A stretch of DNA of 64,000 bases from Hemiscyllium ocellatum (Eukaryota), in NCBI RefSeq assembly GCF_020745735.1, contig NC_083417.1, positions 62,062,001 through 62,126,000 on the forward strand. The letters are read 5' to 3'. The notes beneath the pieces were generated by a model, which was given only the letters and a program-made list of their open reading frames with translations, did not search any database and had not been told where the DNA came from. Shown here piece after piece: positions 23,253 to 37,589 of the stretch. Made by a program: the position numbers and the translations under genes. The stretch's first letter is position 1, and each line of letters begins with the position of its first letter.

Positions 23253-24769
23253 GTGAGGTTCCTTTAATTGCTTCTGTCAGATTCATCCAGCTTGGAATCA
23301 AAAGGAAGCATATTTGAAGTCCATAAGAGCAGGAAACTATGATGTATCGGGTGAGTGAATTAGTAATTTCTGATTTTTTTTCCAATGGTGGTTTGAGATG
23401 TAGAGATAAAGTCAGTGACATGTTTAAGGCATGCCCAGCATTACTCCAATCTATGGTGGGTACTTGTAAACATTTGTACACATCAGTACTTTTGCTATCA
23501 GTAATTTTTATTTTATTACTTTCTGCCTTCAAGATAAATTAAGTGTGAGAATCTTGAGAATAGTGTAACATGTGCTTTAAAAATGGTGGCAAAGTTGAGC
23601 CAGTGACGAGGAAGATTTTGGAGGGCATTGAGGAATGGAGGGGAGATCCAGGGATGAAAGGGTGAGTCAGGTCATGGCAGAGTGAAGTGTTCTGGATGTA
23701 ATAAGGATATAGTAAGGATGGTGGAGACAGTTAGTCAATGTAAGAAAATTAGGAGTCTAGTGGGTCGTTTCGGCACTGTCCAAACTGTCGTCCATCTCAG
23801 GATGTTGACTGGCAGTGGTTAAAGGACTTTTAAGTTCTGCTACAACTTCCAATGAAATTTGTTGAGATTGCTGTCAGACAATGTTCTTTACAATGCTGAC
23901 TGTACAAATTCTGACCAATGCTACAGAAAGGTGACTACAACAGTATATATTACTATAGACATTCATCAAAAGTGCATACAAAAATACAGCATTGGTTCTT
24001 TCACCATAAAGGAAATATCCCCAAATTTTCTATAACCATCAAGAGTGTCTGAGGCATGCCTGAACATTTAGCTCCCTGGATAAGCTAGTGTCAATAAACA
24101 ACAGTGATGCATGTAAGAATAAAGTGAGACCAATATAACATGAAATATTTACAAGTGGAATTTAATTCTGAAAAGCACACATGTCACCTTTGTGCTCACA
24201 AGTCTTATATTAATGGTAATGTGGCTGGGCTGGAAAGTTGCTATTTGAATTGAAGATGAGCCATCCAAATTTTTAGTTAATGGCAGGCTTCATCGATGAA
24301 AACTTTCCCTCATCATTAAACAAATGTGTTTTGCATTAGAATTTTAATTACAATTACATGGAAAATTGCAAAAACAGTGAAAGCTAAAGTGATGCGCAGT
24401 TCTGGTTATGGCATCTGATGATGACACACTATCGATGCTGTTAACTTTGAAGGTTCGTTATAGCTGAACCTCTCCACTTCATCCCAAATATTTACTCCCA
24501 GTCACTAGATTTCAAGAAGAACCTAACATTATCCAGAAAGCAGTAGAGTACAATCAGGTGTCCTTCCATTACATTCAGGAATGAGCAGCTCCTCAAACAC
24601 ACACCTAGCTAAAAATCAGCTAAAAATATCCATCTCCTGATATACAGCAATAGATTAGGAAAACCTTTTGTGAAAATTCCAGACACTGTTATTTGTTTCA
24701 AAAAGGGATTTGTCAGACAGGTTTTCCAGTCTCACTGCCTCGTCCTTCTCATCCATGTTAATCGAACAG

Positions 24770-24916
24770 TTTACTTTCGGTTGGAGGAGGGAATCGACGG
24801 ACCGCAAACGTCGTTGCTCATGGATTTGCAAACCTCTTCATTCTTGACAAGAAAGACTTGAATGACATTCTAACCCACTATCCAGATTCTCAGAAACTGC
24901 TGCGAAAGAAAGCTAA
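24770..24916 (+). CDS. CNGB1: CNGB1 coding exon (phosphate-binding cassette, B/C helices); 147 nt
   Basis: gaacAG acceptor, AA|gtaagt donor; (S)[48 protein letters not shown](K) with the RRTA motif. Confidence 0.95.
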
Positions 24917-25451
24917 GTAAGTGCAATAGTTTTAGTAATTTCTGATTTTATTAGAGGAAAAGAATTTTTTTTTCATTTGAGGTATATTTGCACAATTAAG
25001 CAATTGGAGGTCATTTAAGGTACAAGGTTTCAAATCTATTTCTTTGGTGCCAGCCATTATCTGTTAATAAAGTAAAGAAAGTTTGCTGGGGAGGCACTGT
25101 AATGTGCAACAGTCTAACTGCAATAGTCTAGAATTAACTTTGCACTTGCATCGTGATAAGCACAATAAAATGGAAATTCAGCTGCCTATTGTCAGATTCC
25201 CAGTTGTCAGAATAATTTGAATATTTCATCCATTTCCCAGCTGTATTCCCTCTTGTGTTTATTATCCATGATGGAGGAAAAAGGTAGCTGCTATCTTCTA
25301 CTTGACTTGGATGACTGCAGCTAAAGGTCTGTCTCATCACTGCTCATCTCTCCTTACACAATATCCTCCCACTCAAACAGAAGCTTGAATTTATGGTTCC
25401 TACTTTGGTTACTTCTGACCATTTAGACTTTTAATAATTTGGCTTTCGACA

Positions 25452-25970
25452 GTCTGATTTGATTTATTGTAGTCCCATGTACCTAAGTACAGTGAAAAGC
25501 TTGGTTTTGCAAGCAGTACAGGCAGATCACCGCAAACAAGATCATACAGATTATAAGGTGCTTAGACAGAGTGAGACATACAAGGCTACGGCTGCACAGG
25601 AGGTGCGCAAAACAAGACCAACAATAGTAAGGTCAACATTGTTAGAGACGTCCATTCACCAGTCTAATAGTGGCAGAAAAGAAGCTATTCTTGAACCTGT
25701 TGGTGCATGTGTTCAGGCTTCTGTATGCTTTTCCTGATGGAAGAGGTTGCAAGAGACCATTACCGGAATGGGAGGGGTCCTTGGTATTGGCAACCTTTCC
25801 ATTGCAATGGGAGGTGTAAATGGAGTCCATGGATGGGAGGTTGGCTTCCGTGATTCTTCTGTTAGCTTTCTTATGTCCTGGGTAGAGCAGTTGCTGGACC
25901 AGGTCATTATGCACCTGATAGAATGCTTTCAGTGATGCATCTGTGAAAGTTGCTAAGAGTCCTTATGGAC
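25452..25970 (-). mobile_element. Rex1/Babar-like LINE 3' fragment
   Basis: minus-strand ORF ending KDPSHSGNGLLQPLPSGKAYRSLNTCTNRFKNSFFSATIRLVN, the Rex1-type C-terminal motif. Confidence 0.7.
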
Positions 25971-27019
25971 TGTTGGGCAGATCTTAACCAAATTTTCAAT
26001 TCATTGGAGTATAAACTGGGATAATATCAGGAAAGTCTTCCCTAATACTGTTGTTGGTTGACACTGCAAGTGAATTTAGACATTGCCTCAATACAACATG
26101 ACACTATGAGTGAATTGCACATGTACGTGGTGCTATAATTGGCGAAACTGCAAAAGAAACTGGCCATATCACCAAATGATACTTTACAGCCAATTCCTAG
26201 ACACCACCATCATCCTAGGGTATTCCTCATCCCGCTAGCAGCATAGAACCACCAGAGGTGGTGGCATGGGAATGCGGTTAGGAAGAGGTTGCCCTGGAGT
26301 CCTCAACATTAGCTCAGGACACTGCAAAGTCTCATGGCATTAAATCAAATATAGTCTGGAAAATGTCCTGCTGATTACTACCAATCAATTACTCTCAGAT
26401 GATGGATTGGTATTCCTCATGATCAACAGCCATCGGTAGAAGCACCGAGAGTAGCAGAGACACAAAAAGTAGTTTTGGTCGGGAGCTTCATCACCCATCA
26501 CCAAGAGTGGTTCAGTAGCTCCATTACGTCTGAGCTGGTCTGTTCTGAAAGATCTGCTGTACTTGTCTATGGCAGGAGGTAACAGAGAAAAAGAAGAAGG
26601 AAAAATACCTCCTAGATCTTCTCCTCACCAATCTAATGTTGGCAGATGCATCTGTTCATGTCAGTATAGGTTGGAGTGATAAGTGTACAGTTCTTGTGAA
26701 GATCAAGTCCCATCTTCATACTGAGCATGCCTCCATCATATCATTTAGCACTACCAACAAACTAAATGAGTTAGACTCAGAAAACCTCAAAGAGCTCAAA
26801 TGAGAAGCAACAGCAGAATTATATTCAACCACAATGTGGGCATAACCTTCATACTACTATTAAATCAACCTTGATTCAATAAGAGGAACAGGGGAGAATG
26901 TTGGGAGCAGCAGCAGGCATAGCTAACAATGAGGTGCCAAACCAGTGAAGCTGTAATGCAGAATTACATGCATGCCAAAAAGTAGAATATGATAGACAGA
27001 CATAAGAGAGATACAATGA

Positions 27020-27590
27020 ACATTGTACTGGATGTTGGTGAAGGTTCTGGAGTACTGTGTGCAGTTCTGATCGCTCTGCTATAAGAAGGATATTAATAAA
27101 CTGGAGAGGATTCAGAAAAGATTTACTAAGATTTTGCTGGGAATGGAAGGTTTCAGTTACAAAAAAGATCGGCTGGATAGGCTGAGACTTCTTTCACTGC
27201 GATGTAGGAGGTTGAGGGATGGCCTTATAGAAGTTTATAAAATCATGAACGGCATAGACAAGGTGAATAACAAAGATCTTTTCCATAGGGTGGGGCAATT
27301 CAAAACAAGGGTTCATATTTTTAAGGTAAGAGGAGAAAAATTGAAAACAATACATGAGGCGCACCTTTTTTACACAGATAGTGGTTAGTATGTGGAATGA
27401 ACTGCCACAGGAGGTGGTGGATGCAGGTATAGTTACAACATTTAAAGTACATTTGGATAAGTACATGAATAGGAAAGGTTTGGAGGGATATGGGCCAAAT
27501 GCAGGCAGGTGGGACTAGTTTCGTTTGGGAACATGGTCGACATGGACTAGTTAGACCAAAGGGTCTCTTTCTGTACTGTGTGATTCTATA
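27020..27590 (+). mobile_element. CR1 3' fragment nested in an older LINE remnant (about 26150-27860)
   Basis: LDRL.L.SL..RRLR..LIEVYKIM; tail ctgtgtgattctat. Confidence 0.85.
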
Positions 27591-28519
27591 ACATATCAGA
27601 TCAAATCTCTTCAGTCCTGTCACATTCAGTCATGAATTATGGAGAATATTAAACAATGCTTTGAAGAATGAGTTTCAACAACTATCCCCATCCTCAATGA
27701 TGGGCAAGCCCAGCACACAAGTGCAAAAGACACAACTGAAGAATTTACATTTATTTTCACGAATGCAAAGGGCCTTAACAACATTTAAATGATAATATTG
27801 AAGATTATGCTCCAAAGATAGCAGGGCCCCTAGCCAAGTAGTGCCAATACAGCTATAGCACTGGCTACCTAAGATTTTGCTGGGAATGGAAGTTTTCAGT
27901 TCCAAAAAAGATGGGCTGGATAGGCTGTGACTTTGTAAATTCTAACCTTCTCTATTAGTTGATCCTTAGATTCATACTCTTTATCCGTTCCTGTCACGGT
28001 CTGTTTATCATTTGTCATAATCGTACCTTTCCCTTTGGCCTTGACTCTAATCTTTTGATTTAATGCAACTTGTCAAAGAAAATTGGAGTATATTTCATCT
28101 GCATTGTTCACACTGAAAATATGCTAACCTTTAGAGTTCCCACAATTTACATTGGTGTTAATAGATTTATTTTTAAACTCACAGCACCTCTGGAAATCAT
28201 CTTTCTTATCCATTTTTGGGCCAAGGCTTTAACAATGTTTGGAGCTGAGTGGCCCCTGCTTAATAACATTTTCCACCACTTAGCTGATGTTCAGTGTTAC
28301 ACTTAGCTCAAGTACACTGATGGGCAATAACTGGTTGGTATGCATTTTTCCTACTTTTTGTGGACAGGACCTACTTGGGAAAATTAGAGTCAAGGCCAAA
28401 GGGAAAGGTACGATTATGACAAATGAAAACTTCCATTCCCAGCAAAATCTTAGTAAATCTTTTCTGAATCCTCTCCTGTTTATACCCTTCCTATAGCAGA
28501 GCAATCAGAACTAAAATTA

Positions 28520-29303
28520 TAGAACTAAAAAGTTTGTTATCTGAATTCATGCAGTATTCAAAACAAAATGAATGAACTAAGAGTGCAAATGAAAATGAAT
28601 AAATATGATTTGGTAGCAATTACAAATATATGACTGCAGGATGACATGAACTGGGACCTGAGTCTGAAAGGTAGAGAACATTTACAAATGACAGGAAACT
28701 AAGAAAAGGTGAAGGGGTGGCACCATTAGTAAATGAACATGTTAGCGCAATAGACAGTGATGACTTATGTTCAAAAAAGTCACAATGTAGAAATATTTTG
28801 AGTAGAATTGAGACATGATATAGGCAAGATGTCACTTGTCAGCGTGGTGTACGGACCCTTTGAACATAACCATATGATAGGGTGGAGCAAAAAGGAAGAA
28901 ATAATGAGAACTTGTGCAAAAAGCAAGATGATAATCATGGGAGATTTAAATCGAGACTGTAGAAAGTCAAATGGGCAAAGGTAGCCGAGATGAGTTCATA
29001 GATAATTTTCAGAATAATTTCTTAGATCAGGATTTTCTCGCGCCTACAAGAGAGAATGTTATACTAGACTTGATATTGTGAAATGAGATCGAATTAATTA
29101 ATGACATCATAATGAAGGTGCCCATTGGTAGCAGTGGCCATAATATGATTGAATTGTATATTCAATTTGAGGAGAGAGGAATGGATCAGAAACTTTTGTG
29201 AAAAATGTAAATAGGTTATGGAATCTGATCTGACTAAAATCAATTAGGTTAAAGGTTAGGTCAATAGAGATGCAATGGCAGACATTTAAGAGGATAGTTC
29301 AGA
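28520..29303 (+). mobile_element. decayed CR1 endonuclease region, resuming at about 31050-31280
   Basis: tatctgaattcatgcagtattcaaaacaaa (YLNxxSIxNK), atcatgggagatttaaat (MGDxN). Confidence 0.65.
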
Positions 29304-31045
29304 ATAGAACATAGAACATTACAGCACAGTACAGGCCCTTTGGCCCTCAATATTGCGCCGACCTGTGGAACCAATCTGAAGCCCATCTAACTCGCTATAC
29401 TATTCCATTCTCATCCATATGTTTATCTAATGACCATTTAAATGCCCTTAAACTTGGCGAGTCTATCACTGTAGCACGTAGTGCGTTCCACGCCCCTACT
29501 ACTCTGAGTGAAGAAATTACCTCTGACATCAATTTAAATCTATGTCCTCTCATGCTAGCCATCGCCATCCAAGGAAAAAGGCTCGCACCGTCCACCCTTC
29601 TAACTCTCTGATTATCTTATATGTCTCAATTGAGTCACCTCTCAAACTTCTTCTCTCTAACGAAAGCAACCTCAAGTCCATCAGCCTTTCCTCATAAGAC
29701 CTTCTCTCCATACCAGGCAACATCCTAGTAAATCTCCTCTGAACCATTTCCAAAGCTTCCACATCCTTCCTATAATGCAATGACCAGAATATTTAATGCA
29801 ATATTTAAGTGCGGCCACACCAGAGTTCTGTACAGCTGCAGCATGACCTTATGGCTCTGAAACTCAATCCCTCTGCCAATAAAAACTAACACATCTTATC
29901 ACTTCTAAACAATCCTATCAACTTGGATGGCAACTTTGAAAGATCTATGTACAAGGACACTGAGATCTCTCTGCTCATCTACACTACCAAGAATTTTATC
30001 ATTAGCCCAGTACTCTTTATACCTGTTTCTTCTTCCAAAGTAAATCACCTCACACTTTTCCACATTAAACTCCATTTGCCACCTCTCAGCCTAGCTCTGC
30101 AGCTTATCTATGTCCCTCTGTAACCTGCAACATCCTTCAGCACTATCCACAACTTCACCAACCTTAGTGTCATCCGCACATTTATTAACCCATCCTTCTA
30201 CGCCCGCATCTAGGTCATTTATAAAAATGACAAATAGCAGTGGCCCCAAAACAGATCCTTGTGGTGTACCACTGGTAACTAAACTCCAGGATGAAGATTT
30301 CCCATCAACCATCACCTTCTGTCTTCTTTCAGCGAGCCAAATTCTGATCTAAACCATTAAATCACCCTTTATCCCATGCCTCTGTATTTTCTGCAATAGC
30401 CTACCATGGGAAACCTTATCAAATGCCTTACTGAAATCCATATACATCACATTAACTTCATCCACCTGTTTGGTCACTTTCTCAAAGAACTTAATAAGGT
30501 TTATGAGGCATGACTTATCCTTCACAAAACTGAGATTGGCAATCCCTAATCAATTTATTCCTTTCTAGATGATTATAACTCCTATCTCTTATAACTTTTC
30601 CAACACTTTACCCACAATTGAAATAAGGCTCAGTGGTCTATAATTACTCTACTCCCCTTCTTGAACAAGGGGACAACATTTGCTATCCTCCAGTCTTCTG
30701 GCAATATTCCTGTAGACAATGATGACATAAAAATCAAAGCCAAAGGCTTTGCAATCTCCTCCATGGCTTCCCAGAGAATCCTAGGATAAACCCCATTTGG
30801 CCCAGGGGACTTAACTATTTTCACACTTTCCAAAATTGCTCACACCTCCTCCTTGTGAACCTCAATCCCATCTACCCTAGTAGCCTATATCTCAGTATTG
30901 TCCTCAACAACATAGTATTCACACTGGAGAAAGACAGACAAAAAATATTCATTCAGCGCTTCCCCTATCCCCTTGGACTCCACGCGCTACTTCCCAGTAC
31001 TATCCTTGATTGGCCCTCATCTTTTTCTAGTCATTTTTTCCTTGA
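29304..31045 (-). mobile_element. CR1 LINE, 5'-truncated
   Basis: agaacatagaacat tail; [31 protein letters not shown] on minus strand. Confidence 0.9.
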
Positions 31046-32070
31046 ATAAGTTCCACATTGCAGTCATGCCAATCCAACGAGTCAGGAAAATTTCAAGGAA
31101 CAGACATGACTATCTGTGGTTTACTTGAAATGTTTAAAAAAGATATTAAATGAAAATAAAAGCATATAATTGTGCAAAGACAAAAATTAGATGGAATATA
31201 AAAATTAGCAAAGAATGATCCAAAAATTTATAAAGGGAAAAATTAGAATAGGAGAGAAAGCTAGCTAGAAACATGAAAGCAGTCGGTGGCAATACCATTT
31301 CTGAATCCCTCACCATCAACAACATGAGGTTACCACTAACCAGGAATTGAACTGGACCAGCCATGTAAATACTGTAACTACAAGTGGAGATCAGAGGCTG
31401 TGAAATCTGTGCAAAGTAATTCACATCCTGACTCCCAGAACTCTGTCCACCATCTACAAGGTACAAAGCAAGAATGCGATGGAAAAATGTTAGTTAGCTG
31501 GAAAAATGCAGCTTCAAAAGCACTCAAGGCACTTAATATTATCACATCAAAGCTTGATTGGCACACCATTAACAACTTGAAACATTTTTTCCGTCTACCA
31601 TTCTTGAACAATGGCAGCAGTATGTACCATGTGCACTATGCAATCCAGTGACTCAGTCTCTTTTTACAGGGATCCTGTAATCTCATCACTTCTACCATGT
31701 GAAAGGCCAAAGGCAGCAAACACATAGAAATGTCACCACCTGCAAGTTCTGCTCCATGTCACAACAATTCTGACTTTTAACTGTATCACTGTTCCTTCAC
31801 TGTCGTGAAACTCCTTCCTAATGGCATTGTGGGTGTACGCACACCAAATGGACGGCAGCCCTTCTCATTAGGGATGGATAACAAAGCTGGCGTAGCCAGC
31901 AAATCTCACATCCCATGAAAGGATTTACTAAATAGAAGGCAACACTATTGGTGAATAGTGTTCAAACTTTGATACATATTATGAATAACTGCTAAACTGC
32001 TAGAATTTGACTACTGTTTGTGAATAGCACAGCTTAATTCAGGTATTTGCTATTTTTAATATATTTGCAG

Positions 32071-32257
32071 GAAACTCCTGTCTAAAGATGATGAAAAAGA
32101 TGTAAAGCCACAACCAAAAGGAATACAGCATATCATCCCTCCAAGACCAGAGACTCCCAAATTATTCTTGGCAGCCCTCTCAATAACCGACAAATTTGGA
32201 ATCAAGGGAACATTCTCGCTTATTAAACAGAAACTCAGGGAATCTGCCAAAATGAAG
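32071..32257 (+). CDS. CNGB1: CNGB1 coding exon (post-CNBD region); 187 nt
   Basis: atatttgcAG acceptor, AAG|gtagga donor; KLLSKDDEKDVKPQPKGIQHIIPPRPETPKLFLAALSITDKFGIKGTFSLIKQKLRESAKMK; PPRxxTPKLFxAAL is typical of CNG beta subunits; phases fit. Confidence 0.9.
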
Positions 32258-34482
32258 GTAGGATAATGAGAAGAGAGTCAAGGGAGCAAATGTTTGTGTT
32301 TTTAAAATGTCATAATACAGAATCCAGCAGAACTTTAATCAATCTTCACTATTACAGAAGAATGCAACAGAGGTTGTGCTAATCAGAGTTAAACATTTTC
32401 ATATAATAAAACGTCATAAGGTATTTTACAGGATGAATTGGAAAGGAAAATTAGATACTGAGCCATGTAACAAATTTTCTTTTGGAAAAGTTAGATTTTA
32501 GAGAGAGAGTCTAAAAAGAAGAAAGTGTGGTCAAGAGGTGAAGACGTTTAGGAAATGAATTTCGGCATGGACACCACAGTGCTCAGAAGGTTGTGGCACT
32601 GATTGGGTTTACAGAGATAAACAGAGGCAAGGCATAGAGGTATTTAGAAACAAGGACAAGCATTTTAAAATTGAAACATTGCTTGACCAGGAGTCAAATA
32701 AGTCAGTGGGTTAATAGATAAATAGAACCTGTGTATTGATAAGGACACGGGGCAGAGTTTTCAAAGACCACAGGTTTTTTGAAGCATAAAATGTGGGAGT
32801 CCAGTTAGGGGTATGATGGAAAAAGCAAGTCTAGATGTAAAAAATAGAGGGAGGTTTCAGCAGCAATTTCTTGACCAAGAATGAGGGTGAATCAGATGAT
32901 CTGATGGAGGTGAAAATGGACAATCTTAATGATGGTGTGGATGTATGGTCAGAAACTCACTTTGTGAGAAATACAACACCAAGGTTATCAACAGACTTGT
33001 TTGGTCTTAGAGTTGTGAGTGAGGAGGAAGGAGTAGGTCACTAGGGAATCGGTTTGGAGTGGAATCTGAAGACAGTTATCATGTCATTTCACTAGAGGAA
33101 ATAGCTGTATAGATTACGGACAAGCAGGTTGATAATTGAACAATGGTTAAGGAACCAAAAGATGTAGTGGTGAGGTAGAGTGGGGGTCAACAGTGTACAT
33201 GTGAAATCTGACATTGTGTTTTCAGGTGGTGTTACCCCTCACTTTGGAGAGGTCCCACCACGACTACCAACCAATCTAAATTATTTGCAGCTTCATAGCC
33301 TCAACAGAGCCACCAAGAGCCGTGATCCCTGCTGAGACTTCAGGAAGCTTAAATTCCAGGAGCCCAGTACAAATTGTGGTCTTGTGGGTTCACAGCAAAG
33401 ACACGAAGGAAGGCGGATGGGGCTGCGAACTGGATGGATTACATTGTTACAAAGATTGATGGAGGTGTGGGATGGCACAACAAGGTAGATTGGGGTTGGT
33501 CTGGAAAGGCCAGGGCAGAGGGAATACTCTGACCTTAGAAAAGAGCCTCAGTCAAAAAAGGTAGTCAGTGATAGAGGTTCGCTTCATTCCCACTTTCCCA
33601 CCTGAGCCCTGAGCAGGCTCACCTGCCAGTGCATTTCACACACCAACCACACCCCCAACCTCACTCTGCTCCCTGACCTTTCACTGCTGGCCTCAACATT
33701 TCAGACAGGTTGGGTGGTCCTTAATTGACCAATACTTGGCTCTTTAAGGGCCTTAATTGGGGCTGTAACATTTTTGGCAGATCAGGGGTAAGAAGGCTAC
33801 TCAGAGAATTGAAAACCCATCACTTGGGACCCCTACAACTAGGTGTTACTTTTTAATTTTCTTTTTAAATTCTGTGAACAAAACAAAAGGAGGTAAAGTC
33901 TTTCATTTCAAAAAAATGAACACAGAGGTTAAACAAAACTGCAGTGGCTAAAATTCTATGACAGAATTTTTCCACAGTCTGAAAGGTTATTGGAATGCAC
34001 AGTGCTGTACTGACACATGCAAGCCAATGGTTTTGGGGTGCTGTTCTTAGTCTATGCTCAGTTAGCTGCTACTAACAAACAAAAAATCAGCCAAGCTTCC
34101 TTCTCTTGAATGCCATCCAATGATGTCCACAACAAAATGCAAGTGAATCAGCTCAACTTGTGAATCCAACCACAGTTGGTAACATTCCAACGCGTGAATT
34201 TGTTTCAAGGTGAATAGGAAGAGAAATTGTGGCTGACAGGTTCAACTCACCTACACCTGTTTTCATTGCAAGTGAAAAAGGCTGGCACAATCACTATGTT
34301 ACTTAGTGATCACCTAGTGTGGCAAAATCTAGGCAAGGGGCAAAAACCTGAATCAAATACTCATAAAATTATACAGGTAAACATAGGACTTTAGCACCTG
34401 GAGTAAACATTTTTAATCTGCTGATTTGATATCAACACAGATTTTCATGTATTGTAGCCTTTCCCAAAATGAAATGGTATTA

Positions 34483-35628
34483 CTTCAGCAAGGCATTTGA
34501 TAAGGTTCCCCATGGTAAGCTCGTTCAGAAGGTCAGGAGGAATGGGATACAGGGAAATTTAGCTATCTGGATACAGAATTGGCTGGTCGACAGAAGACAG
34601 CGAGTGGTAGTGGAAGGAAAGTATTCTGCCTGGAAGTCAGTGGTGAGTGGTGTTCCACAGGGCTCTGTTCTTGGGCCTCTACTCTTTGTAATTTTTATTA
34701 ATGACTAGGATGAGGAGATTGAAGGATGGGTTAGCAAGTTTGCAGACAATGCAAAGGTTGGAGGTGTCGTTGACAGCATAGAGGACTGTTGTAGGCTGCA
34801 GGATGCAGAGATGGGCTGAGAGGTGGCAGATGGAGTTCAACCTGCATATATGCGAAGTGATGCATTTTGGAAAGTCGAATTTGAAAGTTGAGTACAGGAT
34901 TAAAGACAGGATTCTTGGCAGTATGGGGGAACAGCGGGATCTTGGTGTGCAGGTACATAGATCCCTTAAAATTGCCACCCAAGTGGACAGGGTTGTTAAG
35001 AAAGCATATGGTGTTTTGGCTTTCATTAACAGGGGGATTGAGTTTAAGAGCCGTGAGGTCTTGTTGCAGCTGTATAAAACTTTGGTTAGACCGCATTTGG
35101 AATGCTGTGTCCAGTTCTGATCGCCCTATTATAGGAAAGATGTGGATGCTTTGGAGAGGGTTCAAAGGAGGTTTACCAGGATGCTGCCTGGACTGGAGGA
35201 CTTATCTTACGAAGAGAGTTTGACTGAGCTTGGACATTTTCATTGGAAAAAAGAAGGAAGAGAGGGGACCTAATTGAGATGTACAAGATAATGAGAGGCA
35301 TAGATAGAGTTGATAGCCAGATACTTTTTCCCAGGGCAGAAATTGTTAACATGAGAGGTCATAGTTTTAAGCTGTTTGGCGGAAAGTATAGAGGGGATGT
35401 CAGAGGTGGGTTCTTTCCGCAGAGAGTTGTGGGAGCATGGAATGCGTTGCCAGCAGCAGTTGTGGAAGCGAGGTCATTGGGGATATTTAAGAGACTGCTG
35501 AACATGCATATGGTCATAGAAATTTGAGGGTTCATACATTAGGCTTACCTTACATGAGGATCAATGGTCGGCACAACATCGTGGGCTGAATGGCCTGTTC
35601 TGTGCTGTACTGTTCTATGTTCTATGTT
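34483..35628 (+). mobile_element. CR1 LINE, 5'-truncated
   Basis: [26 protein letters not shown]; (ttctatg)n tail. Confidence 0.93.
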
Positions 35629-37589
35629 CCTCATTCTGTTTATTTCAATTTTACAAATTTATACATCAATTTTTTATTCCAAAACTGCAGATCAGTAAAT
35701 TATATCAAAAAACATAATTTAATCTAGCCCACATGATTAATGATTATTGATTGTGTAAGTTGTACATAAAATCTTCTAGTAACTGTTGTAGCAAGTACAT
35801 GGAGTAATAAATCATATGAGATATATTACACATGATGATATGTGTTAGATGAAATGCACGTCCTATGTAAAGTGTAAAACAATGAGAATGTAAAACGAGT
35901 ATCACCTTAATCTTTTTATGTACTATTCATCTTATTATAAATTCAAAAGTTTTATTAATGCATAATATTTATTTCAAAAACTATGGAGTGATGGAGTTGG
36001 GTACAAGGCTAAAGAGTTGCCTAGAGAGCCCAATACTTGTGCACCAACCCTGGATGGAGTACCTTAAATATACAGCAGTATAACACTTTTGGAATCCATT
36101 CTATGTTAACTGCTAATCTCTTTTCACACACTCTCTTTGTTTCTCTTTTTTCCACTTCCTCTCTGAGCCTTCTATATTCAACTTCATCCTCATTTGTATT
36201 ATCCACCTGATGGCTTTCACAAGCACATATTTTCAATTTTTTATTAATCTCTATCTCTTCTGCTAGTCAGGGAACCCTGGATTTGTTTGCTCTACCTTAA
36301 CCCTTTATGGGCACATACATTAACTGGGCCTGAATTATCTCTTATTTATAGGTAGTCACAATTATTCAGTTATACAGTTTCTCCAGCCAATCCTTGATTC
36401 CAATTTATTTGATCCCAATCCATTATACCCCATTATAGCTGGCCTTCCCCATTTATTATTCTCCCTCTGAATTGTACATTACCCTTTTCTATAGTTTACA
36501 TAATGCTTGTGTTACGATGATCACTGTTCCTTGAGTATTCCTCTGTTAACATTTGATCTACTTAGCCCACCCAAATCCTAAAGTTGGCATTCAGATACAG
36601 TTTTACCAATGCTTCTTTTCTTGGCTACAGAAGTGACCCTTTCTCAAAATCTGATCAGCTGTTTAAATTCTTTCTTTGTGATTTTGGATGATTTATCTCC
36701 TATCAGCCATTACACATTACAATATCTTCCCTATCAGGAAATAGAATTGTACATTCTCTAAATGAAGAAGAAATGCTTTTAAGTAATCCTTTAGATTTGT
36801 TCTAAATGGTGTTCTTAAGGCATACCTGGAGTGCACACTTACTACACTTTGTCTGATCTGACTTTATTTGTAAGCAAATGGTTTGACCAATCGAATTGTA
36901 TCTGAGACGCAATTATCATTAAAATAAGAAAAAGTTAGGGTCTAGACTTTCATCTCAATATATTTTGAGGGGGTTTGGTTTGGTGCATAACAGCATCAAT
37001 TTAGACATGGTACAGAAAATAATTTACAAGAATAGTTCCAGAAGTGAAAGACATCAGTTATGTGAACTGAAGCGAAAAGTTGGAGTTTATTTTGCATAGA
37101 TGTTCTCTTGATACATACCGGTTTCCACATGTCTGTAGCAGTGGTTACGACTATTAGCTCTGCAGATTCCTGTTCAGAACCACAACAAAGAGGCTTTGAG
37201 CCTTAAAACACCTATGGTGAAATTTAAAATCTATGGACTTAACATTTTTGGCGTTCATGGCCTTGGTGAAATGCAAAACCCATCTTTGCCTCCACCTACC
37301 CACAACTCCTAGTCTGCACAGGAACTTCCAATCTATGCAAGGTTAACTTAATGTAGGAAGCCACATCCCCATTTTAAGTTCATAAAAAATGATACAATTG
37401 CTCTAAAAAAAATGAAAAAGAACAGGAGGCTATTCAATCCATCGTGTACTTCTAGCTCTCTGCAAGAATGGCTCAACTAGTCCCATTCACCTGCCCTTTC
37501 CCCATGACACTGAAAATCTTCCTCTTCAGATACCTATCCAGTTTTCCCTTCAAAGCCATAATTGAATTACCTCCACCATTCTCTTAGGC

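Noticed and set aside
24730-24769. Upstream alternative acceptor gttttccAG
   Set aside because: It would add 40 nt and shift the frame; only the 24770 acceptor gives the conserved protein
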